Positions 24,606-35,766 of a DNA stretch of 64,000 nt are shown here, in pieces. This DNA is from Hyaloraphidium curvatum SAG 235-1 (lineage: Eukaryota; Fungi; Monoblepharomycota). Positions within the stretch are counted from its first letter, which is position 1. Every line of letters starts with the position of its first letter. The position numbers were made by a program, and so were the translations under genes. The notes below the pieces were generated by a model. The model ran no database searches and was not told the DNA's origin. It was given only the letters and a program-made list of their open reading frames with translations. The stretch spans positions 310,001 to 374,000 of the forward strand of contig JAIVFI010000029.1 in assembly GCA_025558095.1 (NCBI GenBank), in the 5' to 3' direction.

Positions 24606-26694
24606 TTACAACTCGTCCCTTGCGGGAGCTTCCTCGTCATCGTCCGCGTCGGGCTTGACCTCGAAGCCGGCCTTGTTCCTGGGACGCACGCGAGGCGTTA
24701 GTCGGCGGACCGGACCAAGCGCAGTTCACCTACTTGGCGTTGGTCTCCAGAAACTCGACCAGCGAGTCCAGGGTGCGGGGTCCCTCGTACTGGACGTACT
24801 CGTTGTCGCCCGACTTGAAGAGCACGAGGGTCGGGAAGCCCTGGATGTTCTTGAACGGGCTGGCCGAAGGGATGTCGTTCTCCGTGGCATCCATCTTGGC
24901 GATCGTGACGCCGTTCACGCTCTTGTACTTCTCGCCGAGCTCGTCCCAAGTAGGGGCCAGTTTTTTCTGGAAGAGAGTCGCTTTAGCGGCGAAGGCGCGC
25001 CGATCAACGTGCCACGTACGCAGTGTCCGCACCACGGCGCGTAGAACTCGACGAACACTGGGGGAGGGCAGCACGGTTGGAACGGCAGAGGCAGAACACA
25101 CCTCCAGTCAACGCACCATCCTTTTCCTTGTCCAAAACCAGCTTCTCAAAGTTGGTGCCGACGAGGACAGTCACGGGTCCGTCCTGCGACTCGGGCTCGG
25201 GCTGCGTCTTGAGGTGGGGAGTGAGCTTGCCCTCGACGTAGTCCTTGACGAAAGCGCCGATGGCCTCGGCGGTGATCTTCTGCTTCTGATCGAACGGGTA
25301 CTTGGCGTTGTCGTCGTGGACCTGCAAAGACTGCCGTCAGGACCAATAGCGACGCGGCCGCGGGAGTTCCCACTTGGATCACGAAAGCGGGCCACGATTC
25401 CTCGAGGCCGAGGTTCTTGCCGTGGGCGCCGTACTTGCTGCCGTCAATCATGACGAAGTTGAGCTTGCCCTTGTACTGCTTGGCGACGGACTCGAGCTCC
25501 GCGGCGACGGCCTTGCGCTCGGCGTCGTTCGAGTAGAACGAGTAGGCCAGCGGGAGGCCGGCCTCGACGTATTTGCCGTAGTTCTCGGGCCCGAGCTCGT
25601 CCATCAGGGGGGTGGCCGAGGTCACCACGAACTTGGACAGATCCTCCTCCGTCCACGAGCCCTCGAAAACGTTCTTGCCCTCGTCGAACTTCTTGAAGAG
25701 GACGACGGCGGGGGACTTGACCCCGTGCTTAGCCGTCACCTCCTCGTCCACGGTGGCACCAAAGATGTAGTCATCGCGCAGCTTGTTTGCGACGGCCAGG
25801 AGCGCCTTGTACTCTGCCGTGTCCGCCCCGGTGAAGAAACCGACGACGACGACCTTGTCCGAATCGATGAAGGTCTCGGCGTTCTTGGCCGTCACCTCGG
25901 ACATGGCGGGGAGGGCCTGCCTGTTGGAGTGATCCCTGATCAGCGGCCGCGGTGGCATGTCCCCGCGACTGGCTTACTTCTTCATGTAGCTGACGATGCC
26001 ATCGGCCTTCCGCGGTCCCTTGTAGTCCGTCGGCGAGCCGGAGCGGAACACTTTGAGGGTAGGGTAGCCCTTCACGTCCTGCTCCTGGCACACCTCCTCC
26101 TCCACGGTGCAGTCCACCTTGGCGATGGGGATGCCGGCGCTCTTCAGCTCCGTGGCGGCCTTTTCGTACTCGGGCGCAAGAGCTGCGTTTGCGGGGATTA
26201 ATTGGGGAACGCGATTCAAAGAAGCGTCAGCAGAGTCGACCGAGCAGAACGAGGTCAAGCGTACCCTCTGCAGGCAAGGAAGGCAGTCAGCCATCGGCCT
26301 CAGAAAATGCCTGCGACGAAGCCTTTACTCACTGCAGTGACCGCACCAAGGAGCAAAGAACTGGGGCGGAGATGAATGGGATGGAGATCAGTGGCTACCC
26401 TCAACTCGGACAGGGACGCGTCGTCCCGCCGACGGTTGCCCCCGACGGAAGCCAGACAACGTCGCGGCGTCGCGAAGGACCCGAATGCGCGGTTTGACGC
26501 CGCAGGCCCCCTGGAAGACGCACCTCGACGAGGATGAGGTCCTCCTTCTTGATGGTGTCTGCAAAGTCGGTCTTGTGCAGCTCGATGACATCGGAAGACG
26601 CCGCAACCGACGGCACCGAGAGAAGCGCGATGGCAAGAAGCGCGGCGGCGGCGCCGGCGGCCAGGAACAGAGGAGAGCGGGCGCTTCGAGCCAT
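24606..26694 (-). CDS. PDI1: Protein disulfide isomerase (a-b-b'-a'), with signal peptide and C-terminal RDEL
   Basis: Two APWCGHC sites, [24 protein letters not shown]. Confidence 0.96.
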
Positions 26695-27149
26695 CGTTGT
26701 TTGTGGAGGACTCGACGTGGCAGGGAGCTGCGCCCTCAATCATCAGCCGCCGCTCGTCCGCAGCCGTCACGATTTGCAAACCGCCGCCAGGGTCTCCTTG
26801 GCTCGACAATGATTCTACAGGCCCTGAGCTCACAGCTAGCGCGTCTACCATGGATGCAATGTTTGCAAATCAGTCACGAGCCCTAAGCGCTCGGAACTCC
26901 AGCCGACGGTTGCCAACGGCTGCCAGTAGTCCCGCTAGGCGACTAGCGACTGATATGAGCACGTATTTTCCCGATCGAACCGCCCGAATCGCTCAGAAAT
27001 GGCCCGACAGGGCCCAACCGCTCACCAGTCTTCCCAGGTTGATTGCACAACCGGGAGCAACGCAAAGCTAGCACACTGCGAGCAATCCCGCACAGGTGCC
27101 AAGAGAAACCTTGATGGGCGACCATCTCTGGTGGTTTGGGCCAGAATGA

Positions 27150-28625
27150 ACTGGATCAGGGAGGTTTGAGCAGGGTCGAGGGCTGTTCAAGAGCACTTTG
27201 GGCAGATTCCAGGTCACGTTGACTTGAGCTCGGGAAGGCACCAAGGGCGGGTACGTGTCACAGCAAGGAACTCGGCGGTGTGTGACACTTGGTGGCGGTT
27301 GGGCCGGTTTGCTGCGCATTGTCTGGTTTGGGGTGGCTCGGGGTTGCTGTCTGGTTTGGGGTGGTTCGAGGTGGTTTTGCTTCACACGGAGAGCGGAACG
27401 CACCAACTCTTTCACTGAGCTTTGGCTGAATTGCATGAACTGTGCTTTGCGGTCTGTATGGGATGCAGAGACATCCGTGGCCCGTTTTCTATCGCTCTCC
27501 ATCTGTGGCCCGTTCTGCATCACTCTCCATCCAATGAAGACCCTCATTATTGCGGGTTTGTGTCCCAAACCTGAGCAAGTGTACAGGGGTGGGTAGTTGG
27601 ACGGGTAAAGCACAAGCTTGCCAATCCATGACCGGTAAAGACGCTGGCATCGCCTCCCTCGGGCTAGAATGGAGATGGTTCGCGCCATCTGGTGCTGAGC
27701 TTGGCCTGGATACAACCCTACCTGAGCGTAGCATGCCCCACCCAGAATGTCTGTACCACAAAACAGTAGTAGGTAGAGCACGCCCTCAGGGCAGTGGTGC
27801 AAGCATTCAAACGATGTGATGATCAAGCCTGGGCCGAGTTGAACGCGCAGGGCTGTGCAATCTGCTCTGTGAGCACAGGTATCCAGTGTTTAACACCAAC
27901 GGGTGCACGGCTGTGCATTGCATGCCGGCAGATTGTGATGGCCAGTCCCCTCTGGTTGAGTGCTAACGGCGTCATTATGGCGCAGCGGTTAGCGCGCGGT
28001 AGTGGTGAAATGGTCATCACTTTACGTTGTGGAAATCCCTTATCTACAATTCCGTAACATTCGCAGTTCGATTCTGCGCTACCGCAAATTTTACACACTG
28101 GAGCATGCCAGGACCCTGTCTTGCGTTTTGCTGCGCTCTATGGCCACTGGTGTGGTCCCCAAGCTGCTTTGGAGGCGGTTCTTTGCACCCATTCAGCATC
28201 CAAGCTGGGCTCCGGCGTTCATGCCCCTGCCTCTGCACCTGCACCCTCCCTAGACTTGTGGCTACGCAGATCTCTTGATCATCTTACCCTACTTGCTCAC
28301 TGTCGCTGTTGTCACTGACCAGTTGAACAGCTTAGGCTTCACTCTCTGTATGTGGAAACTGCCACGCAGTACAAGCCAAGCAGCAAATGATGACCGACTA
28401 GTACAATGCCATTGCATGTGCATAACACACCGGAACAGCTCCGTCTGCAACCAGTGGCAAGTGGGGTGCACCCCGGCAAGATCGTAAACACATACACCAT
28501 CCCAAGTGTGCGCACACACACAAGGCAGGAATGGTCCAACGGTACAACAAGAGTTGTATGCGGCTGTCAGCAGTCTTCACTGGATTCTTGAAGCCCGGAC
28601 CTCACGGACATCTTGCACCGGAGGG
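27150..28625. repeat. Unclassified dispersed repeat X, copy 2 (uninterrupted; left end undefined)
   Basis: Near-identical to 5891-7783; CpG-poor block between PDI1 and ARP1. Confidence 0.9.
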
Positions 28626-28717
28626 TCCACTCCCCCGCAATACTGCATCCACTACAGACGGGAAATCGACCAGACAGCACTGCACCCTTCGAAGAGACTA
28701 CACACCACGGTACGGAC

Positions 28718-30197
28718 CTAGAAGCTCTTCTTGTGAATGATGTCCTATGCACAGATGCCGGCAATCCCCCACCGTCGTCAGCAAACAACGCCGTCGCTCG
28801 CAGACACCATCGCAAAACCCACCGGATTCTCCTGGTACTCGTCCGCCGAGACCCACATCTTCTTGAACGTGCTCAGCGACGCCAGGATCGATCCGCCCAT
28901 CCACGTCGAATACTTGCGCTCCGGCGGCGCAAAGATCTTAATCTTGACGTCCTTTGGCGCCAGCTTTCTCGTCTCGGCGAGCAGGCGGTCGCCGTAACCT
29001 TTGCACAGCGTGGTGCCGCCGGAAAGCACGACGTTGGAAAACAGCGTACGGCGGAGGTCCAGGTCCGTCTTTGCGATGCTGTCCACCAGCATCTGGTGCA
29101 CGCCCGGCTCCTCGAAGCCGGCCACGTCCGGCGAAAAGAGCAGCTCGGGAGCCCTATGCCGCTCGTCCCCGAGCCGCACGACGTTGCCGTCGGGCAGAAG
29201 AAAGTCCTCGGCCTTGCCGGCCTCCTTCTCGTCCTTTGACGCCGTCGGAGCGACGTAGCAGGCTCGCTCCTTGATCAGCCTCACGATCTCCTTCTCCGCA
29301 CTGGTATGGAAGTTGTGCCCGGCCTTCCGGAGGAGGAGCAAAAGGTGGTCCGTGACGTCCCTGGGGAAGGATAGCAACGAACGTCGGAACCGGCATCAGC
29401 GGCAAAAAGCATGTCGCATCCCACCGTCCGGCAATGTCGATCCTCCGCACAGCGTGCGGCATGGTGAAGCCCTCGAACACGGGCACGGCGTGCGACACGC
29501 CGTCGCCGGAATCCAGCACCAGGCCCGTCGTCCGGCCCGAGGCGTACAAGGCGAGGACCGCCTGCACCGACATGAAGAGCGCCGGCACGTTGAACGTCTC
29601 AAACAGAATCTGCGCCGCACGTTCTCGGTTCTGGCGGGGGTTGAGCGGCGCCTCGGTCAGCAGGACGGGGTGCTGCCGGAGAAGCAGAGCTTAGCATTCG
29701 CGAGCCGGAACCCAAGGCCACCCAGGGACGGCAATCTGCACCTCCTCCGGTAGCGTTTTCAGCTCCTCCGAGTAGACGTGCTGCCATATCCGCTCCATGT
29801 CGTCCCAGCTCTCCACGATCCCGTGCCGCATAGGGTAGTTGATCTTCAGCAGCCCTCTGAGCTCCTGGGCCTTTCTCCCTATAAATGTGTCGCCCTCAAC
29901 CGCTCCCGCCATGATTCGGACGTGTTTTGGTCGCCCAACGCTGCGGCGCGGGAAACCCGTTCAGTCTAGTCCCAAGCCGGCTGCGGCCACAGAACGGGAC
30001 TGACTAGGAAGGGAAAAAGCATTTCGGCTGGTCATCGCCCGCGAAGCCCGCCTTGATGACGCCAGAGCCCTGTGGAGAGGCAGACGAGACGCGGGAACCA
30101 CATGTTGGCGAGAACGACGCGTCGCGGGGTCCGGGTCGCGTCGTCCCACGTTGTCGATGACGACCGGCTGGTTCGTGAGGACATCCTCGAATTCCAT
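28718..30197 (-). CDS. ARP1: Actin-related protein 1 (centractin, dynactin)
   Basis: [16 protein letters not shown]|[60 protein letters not shown]. Confidence 0.96.
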
Positions 30198-30338
30198 TTA
30201 GCTCCACCAGCGATCCCACGCGCCACGCGGCGAGACGTCCGTGACTGGGTGCAGAGTGAGCGGGAAGGTGCGGCGTGAGGGTATCCGCGGAGCGCAGCAA
30301 ACACCTTTCTTTCACGCTGACACCGCTGCCGCGCCGCG

Positions 30339-31234
30339 ATGGGGGACGATGTTGAGAGCTACAAATTCCAGCTGACGACGGTCGAGGAGGCGCTGGAGCG
30401 CGACCCGGGCAATGCCGGTGGGGCCCGCGCGGACGCTGCTCCCGGCCACCGCTGACCCGCCGACCCTCCAGAGCTCGAGAAACTGCGCACCGATCTCCTG
30501 GAGATGATTTCGCTGCTGTCTGTGGCCCAGCAGGGGCCGGCCGCGACCGCGTCTCACGCCTCCGCACCCCCCCGGAACCAGCGGGCGCGCACGGACCGCC
30601 GCTCCCCCGACGCCCCCGCCTTCGACGTGGGCATGACGGTGCAGGCAAAGTATTCGGGCGACTCGAAGTTCTACGAGGCCGTGGTGGAGGAGATTCGGGC
30701 GGACGAGGACGGCTCGCCGGCGTACCTGGTGCGGTTCAAAGGCTACGACAACCGCGAGGTCGTGGACGAGGAGGACGTGCGCCACGTCGGCGGCGGTGCT
30801 GGCAAGCCCAGAAAAGCGGGCGGCGGGCTGCCGGTGGACAACACGCCGTTCGCGCAGGCTTCGGCCGCGGCGGCGGCGGCGGCTTCGCGGAAGCGGCCGA
30901 TGGGCGTTTTCGAGGTGGAGGAGAAGCCGAAAGCGTCCGTCATCGGCGACGCCTCCAGCAAGGAGAAGAAGAAGGCAAAGAAGGGCCCGACGGACAAGCA
31001 ATCGGAGAAGAACCAGCTCAACGAGCGCGTGAAAGGTTGGCAGAGCTTCGCGACGAAAAAGACGCCGCTGGCCAACAAATCGAGCATTTTCGCGACATCG
31101 GAGGATCCCGGTTATAGGGTCGGCGTGACGGGTTCGGGCAAGCCGGTGGGTTGCAACCGGGTCGTCCGCCGAGACCTCTGCTGATCCGCCGCGCACGACA
31201 GATGACCCAGTTTGCCCAGCGGCAAAAGAAGTGA
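30339..31234 (+). CDS. SPF30: SPF30/SMNDC1 Tudor-domain splicing factor
   Basis: YKFQLTTVEEALERDPGN|ELEKL; Tudor domain (VQAKYSGDSKFYEA..VRFKGYDN); WQSF..SIF..RVGVTGSG. Confidence 0.88.
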
Positions 31235-31315
31235 GCGTCGCAGGGTGTAATCGGGACAATGAAGACTACAGTTCCAAATGTTTCAATCGGCTCAGCTCAG
31301 TCCGACACAGAACCA

Positions 31316-34209
31316 TCAAGCGCGGCCCATCCAGGCCGCGAGCTCCCTCACAAATCGCGCAACGTCCGCTGCGCCAGATTCCAGATCCAGGCCCTTCCTC
31401 CCGGGCTTCAACACCCAATCTTCCGGCACCTTTTCCTTGCGCTCCGCAAAGGTCGCGAACCCCTCGGCGCTCTCGAGCTTGGCACGGTCGCGCAGCGCGA
31501 CGGCCTCGAGGCGCAGGAAGCACGCACCGAAATGGAAGAGGCTCTCGTTCATGCAGTATTCGGCCAGCAGCGACGCGGCCTTGGCCGCCGCGGCCAGGTC
31601 CGAGGCTTCCAGGCTGCGTAGCACGCCCTGGAGCTGGCCTTCGATGTACTTTTCCGGGACCATGTCCCAGCGTCTGCGCTTCCTCGTGTGCGCGCCTTCC
31701 GAGTTCGAGGCCGCCGGCGGGACGTAGATGATCGGTCCGCGCGGCGGCGCAGGGGGTGCCGAGTCTCTCGCAAGGCGCGACTCGGCCGGCCGCGGCTGGC
31801 CGGCAGAGGCGCCGATGCTCGACGACGTCGAGCTCGTGGAAACGTCCACCGGCGTCTCGGGCGGTGTGTCCATCCCGCCCTCGGCCTGCTGCTCCTGCTT
31901 TGGCGGCTTTGGCTTGCGCGAGCGGGAGCGCGGCTCCTCGCCAAAGATGGCGAACGATTTGCCCGCCGCCGACGTGTCCTTGCGCCGCCCCATCTTGACC
32001 TTTTCCGTCAGCGGGGCATCGCTCATGAGCGAAGCAATGAGCGCGGCGGTTGCCGGGTCCATGTCCGGGTCGTTGAGCGCGCCCGACAGCGCCGCGCCTC
32101 CCTCGTCGTCGCTCCGCGGTTCCGACGCCCCGCGGCCCGCGTTGGGGCGCCGCAGCGGCAGGTGGTGCTCGTCGTCGGCGCGCTTGGCGGGCTTCTTCTT
32201 TTGCGCGGGGGACGACGGCGCCTTCTTCGGCTTGGCCCGCTCGTCGTCGTCCTCGGCGCCCGTCTGGCGCGGTATGGGGCGCATCGCGTTGTGGTACCTG
32301 TAGTAGAGGCCGCACGCGTTGCCTGTATGGCGAGGACAATTGCAGGTCAGCGGTCCGTGCTTGGCGACGCAGCGAGGTGCGAGGCGTCGACCCACAGAGC
32401 ATGTTGCCGTTGGCCTGTCTCCGCCAGCACGGCGACTTGGCCACGTTGCAGTGCGCGCACCTGTTCCCCGACTTGCCGGATCCCGGCTTGGGAGAAGCCG
32501 TCTTCTTTTCCGCGGCGGGGCTCCCTTCCCGGTCCCCGTCCGCGGCGGCGTCCTCTTCCTCGCCGACGGCGACGGCCGACGCCTCATCGGCGTCCGCATC
32601 CCCCGCAGGTTCAGCTTCCGCCAGCTCGCTCATCCGCGCATCCTTCTCCTCGGGTTCCTTGGTTTCCTCCGCAGCCTCCTGCGCACGCGCACGGGTATCC
32701 GCATCCTCGGGTATCGCCGCAAATGCCTCCGCATCCGCCATCCCCTCGTCGGCCGCCTCGACACCGTCCGCGGCATCGGTCCCGTCGGCCTGCGCGGAAG
32801 CAAACGTCGCCGAGGTCGGGCTCGGCGTCGGCAGCTGCCCCGCCGGCCCGCCGGCCGGCAGCTGCGCGGGTTCGGGGTCCACCTCTGTCCCCGAGTCCTT
32901 GGCCTCGCCCTCCTCCTCGGGTGCGGGTGAGGGCTGCCGCTTCCGCTTCGCGCCGCGGTGCAGGGATTCCCTGACGGGCGGGTCGGCGTCCGCGTCGCTG
33001 GGGGGCGCGGAATCGTCCGCGTCGCGGTCCCGGTTCCGCGCCGCGCGGGAGGGTTTCGGAGAGCGCAGCTCCTTGCCCTCCTTACCCTCCTTGGATCCCT
33101 TGCCCTCCTTCCCTTCCGCTGCGTCCCGGGGGCTGCGCTGCACGGGCTTCGACCTGGCGACGGCCGGGCTGGAGCGGTCGGCCACCTTCATGCGCTTGTT
33201 GTTGCGGTAGTAGATGCCGCACGCATTGCCTGGCGGTCGCGGCGCGCGCATGGGAGGGCGAATGCAATGCGTCAGATCTCCGGGGCGCGAGAGCGGGGCA
33301 TCCGGCGGGCCACCCACAGAGGATCTCTGCGCTGGGGCCTCGCCTCCACGCGGGCGACTCTGTCGCGCCGCAGTTTGCGCACTCGTGGCCGCCGTGGTGG
33401 CCCGAGTGCTGCGGTGCGGGAGCGTCCTGCGCGGGGGCGGATGCGGCGAGGGAGACCGGGGTGGCGGGCAAATCGGCGTCCTCGCCGGCGGGGGGTTGCT
33501 CTGCGGGCCGCGGCTTCGGCGTCGCGGGAGCCTTGCGCTCCTGCTTCTGCGGGCGCTCCTGCTTCGGCGGCCGCTCGACGTCCTGCACGCGCGGGGCGGG
33601 CACGGGGGCGAAGCTGACGGGGGCGGCCTTGCGCGTGGGCGGGGTGGGAGGCAGCACCAGCGGCAGCGCGGGAGCCGGCTTCCGCGGCTTCGGGCGCGGC
33701 TTCGGCGGGTCCGCGGGGGGCGCTGGCGGCTCTTCCGGCGCGGCGGGCGCGGCGGGCGGGGGGGGCGGAGCCGGCGCGGGGTCTGCGGGCGGGGCCGCGG
33801 GGAGCGGGGGGTGCGGCGCGGCCGCGGGTTCGGGTGCCGGCGGCGGCGGCGCGGGCTCCTCCGCGGGCGGCGGCGGCGATGCCTCAGCGACGGCCGGCCT
33901 GCCAAGCCTCAGGCGCAGCACGAGCGACGGCTTCGCGTCCGGCTTGGGGTCGTCGTCGTCGTCCTCGTCCTCCGAGTACTCGACGATGGTCAGCTCCAGC
34001 TGGCGGCCCGAGCGCGGCGACGCCGACCGCCGCGTCGTCCGGCTGGAGGGGAGGCGGCGGTCAGGGCAGGCAGCGGGCAGCGGCGGCCGCACGCACCGGG
34101 CCTCCTTGAGCCGCACCGGGTTCGGCGGCGCGCGAAGGCCTCCCGACGGCGGCCCGGCAGACCCGTTCGGGCCGCGCGCGCCCGGCGGCGGCGACACCGC
34201 GGCTGACAT
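31316..34209 (-). CDS. Transcription factor with two GATA zinc fingers; start uncertain
   Basis: CANCGATESPAWRRG..LC|NACGIYY and CAHCNVAKSPCWRR..LC|NACGLYY. Confidence 0.85.
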
Positions 34210-34524
34210 CGCGCGGCGCCAGAAAGGTCCGGCCCGCCGGGGACAGGGGAGGGCTGGAGAAGAGATGCCGGGGAACCACCCGCCTGGCTTCGGGCACCAA
34301 CAATCCGCCATACTCGCAATTGCCGCTCGGCAACGCGATCTGGCTGCAGGGAGCTGGTCGCAACAGGCCAGGAGGACTCGCATCGCTCGCTCCCCGGGCG
34401 GAACGCTGCCCCCCCGTGCCTCGGCGGCATCCTCCGCGCACGGCCGCCCGAGCGGCATCGGGACGCACGGCGATCCGCCGCCCTGCATTCGCCCGGCTGC
34501 AGGGCCGGATCCCTCGGATCCGAC

Positions 34525-35588
34525 ATGGAGGACCGCGATGCGCTGCAGGGACCGCCCGAATGCGCATTCCCGGCGCCGAGGCTCGAGCAGAACGTATACG
34601 CGACCGCGGCCGACCCAAGGGGGTACCTGCCCGTCTACGAGTTCCTCTCCTCCAACGGCACGCCTCTGATGTGGGACTCGGAGGACGGATACGTCAACTG
34701 GTGGGCTCCTCGGGGCCCCGGCGGTGGTGCGTCCGTGAATCCGCCCGGTCGCGCAGGACTTCGATCCGCAAGGCGATGGGCTGGAGCAAGAAGGGCGAGG
34801 GCCGGAAGTTGGCCATCGCCAAGGAGCTCGAGGACGTCGAGAGGACGTCTCCGCACGTCCGGAGGGTGCGAGGCGGCATCCTCAAGATCCAGGGCACCTG
34901 GTGCGGGCCGCACCGATCCACCGGCACCAACCGTCTGACCGCGTCCCGTGCAAGGATCCCCAAAGAAAGCGCCCTCGAGGCGGCCCTCACCTATTGCCAC
35001 CCCATCCGGCACGAGCTCGTCCCCATCTTCGGCCCCTCCTTCCCCTCGCTCGTGCGCGACCCCGCCACCGACCCGCTCCCGCCGCGCCCGCCCGCGTCCC
35101 CGCCGAAACCCCCACCCAGGCCGCCCCGCCCGCGCACGCCCTCCCGCCCGGTCTCCAGGACGCCGAGTGGGCGCATGCGGTCGTCGCCCGCCTCGGAAAG
35201 GGACGAGTGGAGCGCGCTGCTGGGCGGTGAGGCGTCGTACAGGCGCTCGCCTTCACGTGCCGGGTCGCACCGGGCAGCAGAATCCGACACGGAGGATGAG
35301 CACTTCCCGGAGGACGCAGCATTCCCGCCCCCCCGGCCGCGCGATCTCCCGCGATCGCCCCGGAGACGGCAAATACCCCTGCGCATCCAAACCCGCGAAC
35401 CGAACGAAGAGGTCATGGAGCTCGTCTCTGTCGCCGTCGCGCTAGGCAGCCTGCGATCGCCGCCGGGGAGCCCGGGGAGGGGTTTGCCCGCTGGGTTCAG
35501 GCTCGAGGGGAGGTGCTTCGCGTGGTGCGAGGTTGACGGCGTCGGCGGGTACAGGGAGGTGGTCGGAGGCGAGGGGGCGTACGAGTGA
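34525..35588 (+). CDS. APSES/KilA-N domain protein (Xbp1-like)
   Basis: LMWDSEDGYVNW|TSIRKA..RVRGGILKIQGTW|IP..YCHPIRHELVPIFGPSFP. Confidence 0.85.
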
Positions 35589-35766
35589 CAACGGGGATCG
35601 GGGAGCAGGGACGGGAGGAGGAAATGATGCGAGTCCAGGGTGTGGCACTCGGCCTGCAGGCCGCCACGGACGGTCGGACGCTCCACGCACACAAAACGCA
35701 CGCCATCAGCTCCATGCACTCTCAGCACGACCATGTATCAGAGCAATGTACATTCCAACAAATCAC

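Noticed and set aside
27032-27092. Helitron 3' end (hairpin plus CTAG) for repeat X
   Set aside because: CTAG is not followed by T on either strand, and no matching 5' TC terminus was found.
31231-34669. Many long overlapping antisense ORFs (also 20164-21186 and 59864-61822)
   Set aside because: Shadow ORFs expected from very high GC content and codon bias opposite real genes.
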